A stretch of 64,000 nt of DNA. Source: an uncultured Gammaproteobacteria bacterium (GTDB lineage Bacteria; Patescibacteriota; Patescibacteriia; UBA9934). Location of the stretch: contig CAYFMS010000002.1 in assembly GCA_964344415.1 (NCBI GenBank), positions 256,593 to 320,592 of the forward strand. Direction: 5' to 3'. The notes beneath the pieces are model-generated. The model was given only the letters and a program-made list of their open reading frames with translations. It searched no databases and was not told where the DNA came from. The position numbers were made by a program, and so were the translations under genes. Positions 21,214 through 33,700 of this stretch are shown one piece after another (position 1 is the stretch's first letter; every line of letters begins with the position of its first letter).

Positions 21214-21687
21214 TTAGCGATGACTTTGATAATAATTCAATATTTTATCTGTTTTTATTTTAGATTCTTGTTCAAGGAAAAAATGATTCACCCCTGGAAT
21301 CATGCCGAGCCATTCACGAATGAGGTCTAAAATCTTTTTCACTTTCATACGGCCAGATTCATACATTTGAACAATAGCCACTGCCACTTCTTCCCCTTTG
21401 ATCTTAAATTTTTGTTGTGATTCAGTATCCATCGAAAGGTATGCATCGAGTAAATCTTCTGCCAAAATATCCTCAACAGCCTGCAATACGACTGATTTCT
21501 GTGGAATATGTTCAGCCGGCTGAACAGCAGGAGCTTGGCGGCTTTCATGAATATCAACTGCTAATTCATGGTCAGTTTTTGGCTGCTCAGCGGTTGATTC
21601 CGGTTTTGATTCAAACTGAAAATCCGGCGAATGGTCAGCCTGTTCAACTTTTGGAATACTTACCTTCTCTTGACGCTCCTTTTCCAT
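21214..21687 (-). CDS. Hypothetical acidic protein, probably co-transcribed with the downstream ATPase (2-nt gap)
   Basis: 157 aa with no motifs. Tight coupling with the gene at 18729..21212. Confidence 0.45.
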   Translation of the reverse strand: MEKERQEKVSIPKVEQADHSPDFQFESKPESTAEQPKTDHELAVDIHESRQAPAVQPAEHIPQKSVVLQAVEDILAEDLLDAYLSMDTESQQKFKIKGEEVAVAIVQMYESGRMKVKKILDLIREWLGMIPGVNHFFLEQESKIKTDKILNYYQSHR

Positions 21688-21728
21688 GGTAGTATTGTAA
21701 CATGTCGTTCAATCGACGAGGAGGTTAT

Positions 21729-22103
21729 ATGCCAGATGAATTTAGCACATTGCACGTGATTCAAATGGTAGAGGAGAATTTCCTCTTCGCCATGATCACC
21801 ATCGGCAATCGTTTGCTTATCGTGTCTATTGATGGAAGCCTGTCAGTTGCATGGCCAGATGACGCTGTAGGGGTAAAGATGGACGAACATGTGCTGCTAC
21901 TAGAGCACCCACCCCCACTTCTGTTCAGCACATATGATGTTCAGCGTTGGCTTCAAATGATGCGATTGAGGCTGATTGACGGAATCATGCACGAACTCCG
22001 GCAATTGCTTCAAGCGGATCTCTCTCCTGAGCGCCGAAAAGACATCATGGAAAGCCTGCGCATCTATAACGAAGAGTGCAAGCGCTACACGCCGCCAAAC
22101 TAG
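21729..22103 (+). CDS. Hypothetical protein
   Basis: Start chosen at MPDEF, which follows GAGGAGG. The track ORF begins at 21702. No motifs. Confidence 0.4.
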   Translation: MPDEFSTLHVIQMVEENFLFAMITIGNRLLIVSIDGSLSVAWPDDAVGVKMDEHVLLLEHPPPLLFSTYDVQRWLQMMRLRLIDGIMHELRQLLQADLSPERRKDIMESLRIYNEECKRYTPPN

Positions 22104-22288
22104 GCGGTTTTTTGATTACAAATCTGTTTATGGTCCATAAAACAAGATTTGTAATCATCCTGAGCAAAGCGAGATCTTTGATCGAGTCTTTGGGAAGGAT
22201 CTTCGCGACTACGTCTCGTAATCCCAGCCTCCGAGCTACGGCGGGCAGGCAAGGCTGGGATTTCGCATTGCTATTTTCTGCTCCACGG

Positions 22289-22391
22289 GATTCCGGCTCG
22301 GAGGCCGGAATGACGAAGGGTTTCTTAGTACCTACACCCTACAACCTAAAGATCCGTATATTCGTAATATCCGTAAATCTGTAACGGTAAC
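22289..22391. repeat. Dispersed intergenic repeat, family 1 (about 103 bp), ending at the cysS stop codon
   Basis: gattccggctcggaggccggaatgacg hairpin, then tacaccctacaacct, then atccgtatattcgtaatatccgtaaatctgtaacggtaacc. The same modules occur at 57746..57969 and, inverted, at 4866..4953. An additional upstream hairpin CCCAGCC...GGCTGGG lies at 22225..22262. Confidence 0.6.
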
Positions 22392-23750
22392 CTACTTATC
22401 CTCAACCGAAAAGCCTTTTTCGATAATCTGATCACGAAGCGAATCAGCCTTTTCCCAATTTTTCTCTTCACGAGCCTGATTCCTCTCATCCATTAATTTC
22501 TGAATATCCTGTGGAATTTCAATTGGTTTTCCAATATATTTGCTTAAATCAAGTCCTAAAACCTCATCCATTTTCAGAAGCGTCGCAGACTTCTCCGCAG
22601 TATCAATATCACTGCCCATCATATTTTGTAGGACTGCAAGTGCTTGCGCAGAATTCAAATCTTCATTAATCGCAGCTCTAAATGTATCAATCCATTCAAC
22701 ATTTATCTCACCTGGATCTGGCAACTTTCTCGCCTTATCGCGCAGATTATCCAATGCATTCTGCGCAGACTGAAGCGCATCCCATGTGAAGTTAATCGGC
22801 GAAGCATAATGCGCCGTTAAAAACAGATACCTGAGTGACATCGGATCCATTCCATGCTCTTCAATGTCGGCAAGTGTGTACACATTGCCAAGTGATTTAG
22901 ACATTTTTCCACCATCAACCTTCAAAAATCCATTATGCATCCAAATATTTGCAAGCGCATGGCCTCGCGCGGCTTCCGTTTGAGCAATTTCATTCGTGTG
23001 ATGCACGGGGATATGGTCTATGCCACCCGTATGAATGTCGAATGGGCTATCGAGGTATCGCTCACTCATCGCGCTACATTCAATATGCCAACCCGGAAAA
23101 CCGATCCCCCAAGGAGATTCCCATTCCATATGTCGCTCACCTGGCTTTTCAGAGAATTTCCAAAGCGCAAAATCACTCGGATTTTTCTTCTCTTCATTCA
23201 CCTCAACGCGCGCACCCTCTTGTTTTTCATCTAAATTCTGTCCAGATAATTTTCCATAATCTGAAAGTTTTGATGTGTCAAAATAAATACCGTCAGATAT
23301 TTTATACGTGAAGCCTCGCTCTTCGAGATCTTTCACAAGGGCTATCTGTTCTGGAATATGATCCGTCGCCTTTGGCATTATATTCGGCGGAAGAATATTG
23401 AGCCGCGCCGAATCATTGGTAAATTGCTTTGTATAATATTCAGCGATATCCCAAGCCGTTTTCCCCTCCTTGATTGCCTGAGCCATGATTTTGTCATCAC
23501 CCATGCTTCCATCGCCAGATAAATGACCAACATCAGTGATATTCATTACTAGCTTCACTTCATAGCCATTGAAAGTAAGTGTTCTGTTGACTAAGTCCGA
23601 AAAGATAAAGCTTCTAAAATTCCCGATATGTGGCCGTCCATAAACCGTCGGACCGCAACTATATACACCCACCTTCCCATCGTGAATGGGTTTGAGTTCT
23701 TCAATATTCTTTGAAAGCGTGTTTTTGAGTCGTAATGCCATAATGATCAA
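22392..23750 (-). CDS. cysS: Cysteine--tRNA ligase
   Basis: 452 aa. HIGH-type motif (PHIGNFRS), zinc-binding Cys and KMSKS. Confidence 0.95.
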   Translation of the reverse strand: MIIMALRLKNTLSKNIEELKPIHDGKVGVYSCGPTVYGRPHIGNFRSFIFSDLVNRTLTFNGYEVKLVMNITDVGHLSGDGSMGDDKIMAQAIKEGKTAWDIAEYYTKQFTNDSARLNILPPNIMPKATDHIPEQIALVKDLEERGFTYKISDGIYFDTSKLSDYGKLSGQNLDEKQEGARVEVNEEKKNPSDFALWKFSEKPGERHMEWESPWGIGFPGWHIECSAMSERYLDSPFDIHTGGIDHIPVHHTNEIAQTEAARGHALANIWMHNGFLKVDGGKMSKSLGNVYTLADIEEHGMDPMSLRYLFLTAHYASPINFTWDALQSAQNALDNLRDKARKLPDPGEINVEWIDTFRAAINEDLNSAQALAVLQNMMGSDIDTAEKSATLLKMDEVLGLDLSKYIGKPIEIPQDIQKLMDERNQAREEKNWEKADSLRDQIIEKGFSVEDK

Positions 23751-23815
23751 AGTTTATCAGAGCCAAGCAAAAAGAAAAAGCGCTGAAACCAACGCTTGAG
23801 GAGCTTATTCGCGTC

Positions 23816-24082
23816 CTATTCGAAATCGCGGACGAGGTATTTCATGGCGACCTCATGCCGCTCAATGCTCGTCACGTCCGCATTGCGAGACCCCGCTTTG
23901 ACCAGCGTGGCCAGGCGGACACGGCCGAAAATGGCACCATTCGGGTATGTGTCCCGAATATCAACAACTTCGTACACAGAATCCAGATCGAAGTCCTCAA
24001 AATGGATTTCTGCTCCCATGTCTGACAATGTTTGCACTGGAACCACCCTCACGAGCGACCCAATCGTAATCTTATCCGACAT
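23816..24082 (-). CDS. Hypothetical small protein
   Basis: Start set at MSDKITIG, preceded by GGAGG 6 nt upstream. The track ORF starts 19 codons earlier. Confidence 0.45.
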   Translation of the reverse strand: MSDKITIGSLVRVVPVQTLSDMGAEIHFEDFDLDSVYEVVDIRDTYPNGAIFGRVRLATLVKAGSRNADVTSIERHEVAMKYLVRDFE

Positions 24083-24142
24083 ATCAACCTCCAATGTTAT
24101 GCGGCAATGAATACTAGCGTAACTATTGGTATTTGTCAATCA

Positions 24143-24166
24143 AAAAAGCCCCGTTTGGGGCCTTTT
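24143..24166. terminator. Bidirectional rho-independent terminator-like hairpin
   Basis: aaaaagccccgtttggggcctttt: GCCCC/GGGGC stem with A/T flanks. On the minus strand it lies just 3' of the 24182..24661 gene, which follows the giant gene on the same strand. The convergent gene opposite is 23816..24082. Confidence 0.5.
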
Positions 24167-24181
24167 CTGTTTGCGCATCAA

Positions 24182-24661
24182 TTATTCCGTCGCTGCTTCC
24201 TCTACTGGTTGAGCTTTATGCTCTGCAATTGCTTCAACAAGTGCAGAATCAGATTTTAGCTCTTCCGTGAAGATAACATGATCAGCATTTATCACCATTT
24301 CATCTTCCGGCCCATGCAATTCATCCCCAAGCTTCACAAGTGATGTATTTGTTTGCTGTTCAACGATTGGCTGACCAGCCGCATCAACTTGCCCGCTTTG
24401 CTGCAAAGCAGTTTGTACACGCAGATAGTAAATGTCTGAAAGAACAATGTACTCGTCTGATCGACTATCAACTATACCGAAATACACCTGCCCATTTGTA
24501 AGGAATACCGCTTGATGATCCCCTGAATCATTAATCGAACTAGCTCCACCTTTATTCCCCATAAGAAGGAAATATCCAGCTGCTAGAACCGCAGCAACAA
24601 TGACAACTGCGACAACAACTCCTCCTAATGCACTTTTATTATTACTCATTCCAGATTTCAT
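24182..24661 (-). CDS. Hypothetical membrane-anchored protein. Same-strand gene immediately downstream of the giant gene.
   Basis: 159 aa. Single N-terminal TM helix (GGVVVAVVIVAAVLAAGYFLLM) and a predicted extracytoplasmic C-terminal domain. Confidence 0.5.
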   Translation of the reverse strand: MKSGMSNNKSALGGVVVAVVIVAAVLAAGYFLLMGNKGGASSINDSGDHQAVFLTNGQVYFGIVDSRSDEYIVLSDIYYLRVQTALQQSGQVDAAGQPIVEQQTNTSLVKLGDELHGPEDEMVINADHVIFTEELKSDSALVEAIAEHKAQPVEEAATE

Positions 24662-24703
24662 AAAAAATATACTTATTAGATGGTAAAAGTTTATTCAACT
24701 CGA

Positions 24704-27700
24704 TTACTCCTGTAAAGATTCTGTGTTAATAGTTTCTTCTTCCGCTGGCGCTGGTTCAGGTGAAGATTCAACAATTGGCTCTTCGATAACCACTTCTTCA
24801 ATAATCTCCTCTACCTGAGGTGCTTCTTCTACCTCTTCAACCACCGGTTCGATAGTAGATGTTTCGACAACATCCACTACCTCTTCCGTTGTAACTTCAT
24901 CCTCTTCTTCAATCGTCTCCTCTTCGATTACTTCTTCGAGAACCGGTCCAAAGACCTCTTCTGTCACTTCTTCCGTGTTTTCAATTGATTCTTCTTGCGC
25001 TGGCTCTTCTTCTACGATTTCAGAAGAAGTTTCAGTCTCAGTAGAATCCTCTGTTACCTCTTGCTCAGTCGATTCTTCAACTTGCTCTTCAACAACCGGC
25101 ACATCTTCTACATCTATCGTTTCTGGCTGCTGAGGCACGATGATTTCAATTGTCGATTCCTGAGCGTTATCTGATCCATCCGCGATGACAATTTCAATTT
25201 CTTCTGTCGTACCATCACTCACGAAAATCTTTCCTTCCTCAACCGCGAATGCATGCCATGAGAAGTCAAGGTCATGTCGCACTTCCTGATTAATCTTGAT
25301 TCGGAATCCAGCCGTTGTTTCATCAAGTACCGTGTATTTGAAGCTTGCAAATAGATTCGCTTCGCCACGCGGAGACGCTGTTACAATTGGCTGATATTCA
25401 TATTCTTCTTCGAATTCAACTTGTACATATCGGTCGCCTTCCAAGATTCTAGCAATTCCGGCCGTATCAGCCCCGAATGTTGCATGCTTCTGCACATGAA
25501 TTCCTTCCGTGAATTCCTGCAATGAAGCAATCTCTACTGATTCTGAACCATCAACCGTAACACCAGCAGCCTCTTGAAGACGTTCGAGTACAGCGACACG
25601 TGCTTCGAGATCCGTGAATTCTTGCGCAAGATCATCAACGCTGATTACGAGATCCGCTACTGTCAATTCAAGTGCATCTATACGTCCATCCATCAGGCTC
25701 ATTTCTTCTTGACGTTGTAATTCTGAAGCCGTGACCGCATCATTGATCGCTGCATCAATACCGAGCTGATTAAGCGTCGCTTGCGTATCTGCCGTGAGAA
25801 CGGCGAAGACGTCGTAATTTTCAAGTGCCACATCAATTGAATTATCGATTCCAAGTCCGTCAATTCGCTGATCAATGGTGTCATTAATTGTCGTCGTAAG
25901 GTTGAGTCCAGCGATTTGTCCATCTACGATAGCCGTAATGTCTTCATCGAAGTTCAATGTTTCAAGCGCGCCGCTAATCATAAGCTCAACCTCATCCTCG
26001 ATTTCCATTGCTGCTACATGCTCCGCAACCTCTGCTTCAACTGATTCAACCGTCAAGCTCTTATTACGACGAGAAATGAGTACATTTACCATTCCCGTTT
26101 CTCCAGAGAGATCTTCGAGTGCAACACCGACGGTTGGGTCTCCCGGACTCGCTTTCATTGCATATCCTGGAATTGACGCTGATGTCAGTGAATCACCAAC
26201 ACGAATTTCACCATTTTCATTCGTCACATGTGCATCAACCTGTCCGAGCATACCTACGATTGCATAATGTGCATTGTCGACTGTTTCATCTGTTGTATTA
26301 CCGATAATGGATGGATTGTCAGAGATAATACCCATCACATTACCATCAGAAGCCCCAGAACATCGCTCTACCGCATTATCTCGTGTGATGTCCACACAAA
26401 CGATTTCACCGGCAGCAAGGTCAGACTGAACAGAGTAGAAACGCTCGGCATAGTCGGCTCCACCAGAGTTGTAAGCGACATCTGAGAATGTTTCACCATC
26501 CTGAGCAACACGCCATACAGAATCAGATGTTCCATCAATATCGACATTGAATGCTGCGAAGTTGAATGTGTCAGTTGTTTCTGAATTTGTTTCAATTTGC
26601 ATGATTCCCATTCGTCGACCAGTACCGTCACCCGTCATAGCAAGCGCTCCAGATTCTGCCATGATATGAAGTCCCGCTCCAGCCGTTGAAAGCGTTGCTG
26701 ATGCATAATCTACACTGATAGCTTGTACCGTTGCAGAAGCGATATCAACTGCGAGTGGCCCATCGAATCCAGCCGTACCAGTTCCTAAGAAGTCAAATGT
26801 TGGATTCGTCGTCGCATTTCCGAATGTAATCGCTTCAGATGAATTTGTCGTATTGATATTGATGTAATTATCACTTCCTTGCTGCAAGTCATATGCATCG
26901 GTTGTATTGTCAGTCATTGAAGGCGCAAGTGTATCTGAGAGATATGCCATGGTTCCTGCCGCATCCTGAAGTGTAATTGTTCGAGAAGCAGAGAATCCAG
27001 ATCCGTCGAGTACCAATCCCGTATTTGCTGCAACGCTGAAGTTCATGTTTGCATTTGGGAATGTAATTGTCTTATCTGTCGTTGTCGGTTCCGTAATAGA
27101 GAAGAATGTTTCTTTCGAATCCGCACCAGCCCCTTCAAATGCCAATGCCTGCGTTGTTCCCATGATTGCACCGTACATGTAGATCTTGTCTCCAAATCCA
27201 TTTCCAAAGGTAGAATTATCATAGACCGTCAAATCATCTACCGTAATATCTGAGGCTTGTGCCGTACCGATGTCAACACCATCAATTGTTCCACCGTCAA
27301 TATCAACATCACCCGTGAAGTGAATATCTCCTGTCGTACCAGCATCTGTAAGCGTCATGAGTGTATTTGTTCCATCGGTGAACGTGAGCACCCCTCCGTT
27401 ACCTATAGAGATGATTGGACTTGTTGTATCAAAACTCAAGTCTCTATCCCATCCATCTCCGATACGAATTGCCGACTCAAGTCCGTCAGCGTCAGCAGAT
27501 GCAATGTCATCGATATCGAGTCCAATGACTTCATCCGTTGATGCTGCATGATTCGCACTTGCAATATCGAGTACTAATGCTCGGTAAATGTCAGATCCAT
27601 CACCTGCACCGGCTGTAAAGTCAATTTCCATTCCCTCTTCTGAAGCAGCAACTGCAGCCGTCTTCACAAGATTTACATCATCTGCAGAGTCTAATGTGAT

Positions 27701-30700
27701 ATTGAAGTCTCCACCGGATAGATCGAAGTCGCCATCGCTGATTAGGATATCTCCAGCCGTGAGAACAAGAGCATCTGTTCCATCAGCAGATCCATTAATT
27801 GTCACCGCTCCGCTACCAAGGAATGAGAAGCTTGGATTTGTTGTTGCATTTCCGAAGGCGATATTCTCTGATGAATTTGTCGTATTGATATTGATGTAAT
27901 TATTGCTTCCTTCCTGAAGATCATATGCATCCGCCGTATTGTCAGTTAGACCACTACCACCGCCCGTTGAAATCGCCGCAAATGATCCACCATCATTTGA
28001 GAGCTCCCATTGGTCAGTTGAAGCATTGTAACGAATCTCTCCGTCACTGTCCGATCCCTGATTTGCCAAGATTCGTATATTTGCCCCTGACCCAGCATTA
28101 TCTTCATCAAGTTCTATAACCGTTCCATGAACATCGAAGTCTCCACCAGCCGTGAAGAGTCCTGTTCCTGTTGTAATTGCTTGATTATTTGTTGTATTGA
28201 AACTGAATGCTCCAGAACTATCGAGTGATCCGTCAGAGAGCGTCGTCGTTGCACCCGCAATGAATGATCCATCGGTATAAACACTTCCTTCAATACCTGC
28301 AGTTCCCGCAACAAAGAGGTCATCTCCTCCGAGTGAGAAGTCTCCATTTGCGAGAGTTTCAGATGTTGACGTTGAACCACCAACGATGAGGTCTTCGTCG
28401 AAAAGTACATCATCCGCATCTACATGAATGGCATATGTATCTGAACCCTCAATGTACAAACCAATATCCGTAGATCCAGCCGTTTGATCTTCAATTTGAA
28501 TACCGTAATTCGTTGTTAATGTCCCAGCTGGATTAAACGCCGACTGGACCTGGAGACCGGCACCAGTCGTGATCGTTCCTGTACTTGTGTTCATTACACG
28601 TCCGGCCAAACCAGCAGCTTCTGTGATTGTTCCCCCCGTCTGATGAATAACACGACCACCACCACCAGCAGCAAGTGTAACTGTACCAGCTGTACCAACA
28701 TTACTTGTCACAAAAGCTCCAAGGAAACCACCAGCCTCATTGACCGTTCCTGTTGATTCATGAGAGAAAATTCCCGTCGCACCTGTTGAGAACGTATTAC
28801 TGTCAAATGCACCTGACTGCACAGCCGCGCCATCCAATTGGAGTGTTGAATGAGAACCATGCGTGTACGTACTTACCGTCCCAGTATCTATCGTCAATTG
28901 CGCACCAACTCCATACCCATGCACATTCGTAGCTGAAATGTCAGCACCTCGTCCCGTTGCGCTTACCGTACCCGATGTCGCCGTTGCATTATAAGTAACA
29001 TCAAGTGCTGATCCAGAATCATTATATGTAGCTCCTGCATTGTTGACCGTAATATCTTTATCGATTCGAACAGTATCCGCCGTATCTGTGCGAGTAGCCG
29101 CTGCTGTCAATGTTCGATCTGAAACGAATCGTCCAATAGCTCCAGTCGCATCAGCTGTAATTCCTGACGCCGTGTGATCCACGTTAAAGACATTTGATGT
29201 AGTAATAGCATTACTCGTCGTACCAACATCAACCCCTATGCCACTTGTCAATCCATCAAAACTCAAAGATGCACCCGAATTTGTCGTGACCGAATCACCC
29301 GTCATTGTGAACAATGTTTCATTATTCGCACTTGTAATTGCATACTGAATGTCCGTTGCAACAACATCTCCATCTGAATCAATTCTCCAGTAATCCGTTC
29401 CTGAACTATCTTCAATTTCTATAATTTTCTGGTTTTGTGTGCTGTTTGCTTGAATGAGCAACTGCACCTCATCCGTATCACCATCGACAGAGAGTTTTGC
29501 AAGAGATGCTCCTCCAATACCGACATTGTCTGTAGAGGTTGAAAGGGTGATATCTGTTCCTCCATCTGTCCAACCAGCTGCTTCAGAGATACCTCCGTCT
29601 AGAATGGTGAATTCAGCCGCAGAAATAAGCGTTCCAGAGATGTCGAAGAGATTGGTGAATCCTCCGCCTGCATCTACCGTCTTGAAGACAGTACCAACAA
29701 CATCATCTGTGTCTGAGTTGTCTGCAACGAAGAGTGCGTCTAATCCTTCTGTACTTGCCGCATTGTCGAGATACAGTCCGTATTGAGCTGTCGTTGAACT
29801 TGTTGTGTCTTCAGCTGTGAATGTATGCACAACACCATTTTCACTTGTTGCATCCGTAAGCGTTCTTGCAATAGACCATGTTTCTCCTGCTGTACCGGTA
29901 ATACTAGTTGCAGCGTCGAGTGCAAGTGCATCTGCGAATTCTGTGAAGTCGAGTGTATCTGCTGTAAGGTCAGCTCCGTCTACATTAGATAGAGAATTTC
30001 CTGTTCCATTCGCATCAAAGGCTACACCTGTAATCGCTCCTGTTGTAGAAATATCCCAGTCAGATGTGTTGATCTGCATGGTGTCTCCACCGTCTCCAAG
30101 AAGAACAGCTCCGCCTGGTGTAAGAGTGAATGCTCCTGTTGTTGTGAACGTGGTAGAAGCTCCATCGAATGAGACGTCTGTATCTGCGACCGCAAGATCA
30201 CCGTTAAGATCAATGGTACTTGAGGCAAGAAGTGTTCCATCAAGCGTAACAGCTCCATCTACTTCAAGTTCACCCTCAATGTATGCATCTTCTCCGTCCA
30301 TGGATGCTGTTCCCGGTGTTCCATTTCCTACACGTAGATTTCCTGTTGAAATGCGGAAGCTGTCTGCTCCGGCTGCAAGTGAGAAGTCGAAGAGATCATC
30401 CGCATTCGCATCAGTGTCTGTGATAGATCCGTCTGCATAGGTCGTTGTAGACCCGGCGATGAATGATCCATCCGTATAGATGCTACCTTCTACACCAGCC
30501 GTTCCCGCAACGAAAAGGTCATCTCCGCCGAGTGAGAAGCTTCCATTTGAGAGGGTTTCTGTACTAGAAGTTGAACCTCCAACAATAAGGTCTTCGTCAA
30601 ATCGAACGTCATCGGCGTCAGCAAAGATGGCATATGTGTCACCACCTTGAACGCGAATACCATAGTTATTCGTATTTCCAGTTACATCTTCGATATCAAG

Positions 30701-33700
30701 TCCAACACTTGTACCCCCTGAAGCGATATTCATGAGCTTCACATTAATACCTTCTTCATTCGTCACCGTGTGACTACCGCTAGATTGATCTACATTTTGA
30801 ATATTGAGTCCTGAAACAGCCGTTGTTGTTCCACTTGCATGCTGAACAATCACACCCGCGAAATGCCCAAGTGCCTCATCAATCGTACCGGTACCCGCTG
30901 TTCGAACAATAGAAGCGCCACCAACCGCCTGACCAAGCTGCCCGAATGCAGCCGTATCTTCACCAGCAATAAGCAGATCTACGCTACCAAATAATGATCC
31001 AGTTGAAGCAGCCGTTGAATCATGTCGCATAACATTGCTTCCAGCTGAAATCGTAGCACCACCAGCAAGTGGATTTTGTGCTGTGCTTGCAGTACCACTA
31101 ACCGTCAATTCATTCGCAGCCGCATGCAATTCACCTGTCTGTGTACCTGAATTGATTGTCATGGCAACACTAAGTGGGAAATGCTGAGAAGATTGCGCTG
31201 CGAGGGTTTCGTCAATTGTAACCTTTCCGGTACTATTTAGATTTAATTCGATGTCATTTCCTTGTCCATCAGCCTTAATTTCTATATACGACGTAGAAGT
31301 TCCCTCATTTGTGCGTAATTGTAGGTTATTATCACCATTTGAACTGATATTTCCTGTTCCACCATTACCAACTACAATTTCAGAATCGGCATAAATATTA
31401 TCTTCAAATCCGGCAGATCCGGCCACGAAGAGATCATTCCCGCTCAAGCTGAAACTTGAATGTGCAATTGTCTCTGTTCTACTTGTCTCTCCACCGACAA
31501 TGACATCATCATCAAATGTTGCATTTCCTGCGTCCACAAGAAGTGCGTGAGCATTCGTAATAGTCTGATTCGTTCCTGCTGCAGGAGCATTATTGATGTA
31601 CCAAGTTGCAGCATCTGTCGTCGTTACACTTGAATTTGTTGCTGCAAGCGTTGGTTGCGCGAAAGCATTGAACCATACTTGAGTTGCCGTTCCTGACCCC
31701 GCCGTCGCCGTATCGGTGTATGTAGCACCACTTTGATCAAAGAGAACACCAACCGTTGAAATACCTCCGCTCGTCGCCTGTGGAGATTGTGCAATTGTTC
31801 CTGTATTGGTCACTGACCACAAGTCCGTACCACCAGAGTTCTCAATTACAGCAACATGTGAATTTTGTGTACTATTTGCCTGTACGAGAAGTTGAACCTC
31901 GTCCGCGCTTCCATCAATGAATACATCATTTGAAACGGTCAATGTTCCATCTGCCGTGATTGCTCCAGCGCCAGTAATGTCACCCGTTGTAGAAATATCC
32001 CAGTCAGATGAATTAATAGACACAGTATCTCCGCCGTCACCAAGGTCTACTTGTCCATTTGCTGTCACAACTCCAGCACCAGATACAGTGAAGAGATCAC
32101 CTCCGGCACTATCTTCAAATACGACAAGGTCAGAAGTTTGCGTTCCATTTCCTTGTACAAGGAATTGAATTTCATCAGCATTTCCATCTAATCCAAGATT
32201 CGCAGATAGATCAGATGCTGATCCAATCGTTACATTATCTGTCGCTGTTGTGAGTCGCACAACGGTTCCATCATCTGTCCAGCCACCTCCTCCGCCACCG
32301 CCTGAGGCTAGATCCGTCCACGTCGTTCCGTCATCTGTGTTCACATAAACTGCTCCAGCTTGATCAAGGAAAAGTGAACCAGCAGCAGCCGTCAATGCAC
32401 CATTTGGTGAGCCTGTTCCAGTATAAAAGCTTGCTGTATCAGCATTTGTAGTGTCACTAAGTGTCAAGAATGCCGTATCTTCAGCTTTACTCACAGTGAT
32501 AGTGCCATCCGTACCAACCGTTCCCAGCCCGGTTACTACTCCCGTCGTAGAGATATCCCAGTCAGATGTATCGATCGAGCCTGTCTCTCCATTATCCCCA
32601 AGGGTAAATGCACCATTATGAATAAGTGCTCCATCACCACGAACCTGGAAAAGCGTATTTCCACTATTATCTCGCACTCTTACATCTGTTGCTGAGGTAT
32701 CCGTTCCAAGCGAAAGACGAGTTGATCCAGCTGTAGATGTATTGTCGATATCGAAGAAATCGCTTGTTGCATCATATCCGAGTCGAATATCACTATCTGT
32801 ACCAAACCGAATCTGCTGGTCATCCTCAACGCGAACCTGAGAATGCAATCTAACCTTCTGTCTAAATCGCGTCCATTCAGATCCGTCTGTAGAGTCTATT
32901 TCAATGTAATTTGTTCCTCCCTGCCCGATCACAAATACATCACTGGTATTATCAACAATTTCCAGATGCGTCGTTCCAGTAGGATCCAAGTCGATATCTG
33001 AACCATTAAAGTCGAAAGATCCTCCAGTTACATTAATAGCAATGCCATCGCCAGCACCTGCATTTGCCGCGTCAACATTCAGTGCGACAATATTTGATGC
33101 ATTATTTCCATCTCGATCAATATTTACTGATGCGGTCGTTCCAGTATCATCATGGTCGATATTTAGTCCAATACCAGCCCCGTCTTGATCGATAGATACT
33201 CCAGTTCCTGCCGCATCCTGCCGAATAGCAAGTGGAATTGCGCCAACTGCAGCCGTATTATCATTAACGACATTTAATAGAGGGCGTGAATTTGTATCTG
33301 CACTGTCAGAACTAATACGCAAGCCATTTCCTGTTGTCAATGAATCGAATGTCATGGTTGCGCCGTGATTTGTTGTAGCGCTTGAAGTAAGGGCGAGAGC
33401 TGTTTCATTTGCAGTATCAGTAATAGAAAGAGCTCCGTCCGCAGTAATTGAACCAATACCTGTCAAATTACCTGTAGCAGAGATATCCCAGTCAGAAGAA
33501 TCTATAGCAACGGTATCTCCCCCATCACCAAGATCAACTTGACCATTCGCAGTAACCGTTCCTGTACCCGAAATTGTGAAGAGATCTGCACCTGCACTTG
33601 TTTCAAAAACGGCCAGATCAGATGTTTGTGTTCCATTCCCCTGAATAATAAGCTGTATTTCATCCGTATCACCATCAACAGTGAACTTACCAAGAGCTGT

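Noticed and set aside
24704-27000. Peptidase_S74 / intramolecular-chaperone-like C-terminal domain in the giant protein
   Set aside because: There is only a vague resemblance (the coiled coil following a ...SD... segment). The diagnostic SDxRxK cleavage motif is absent. It is mentioned only as something to test.
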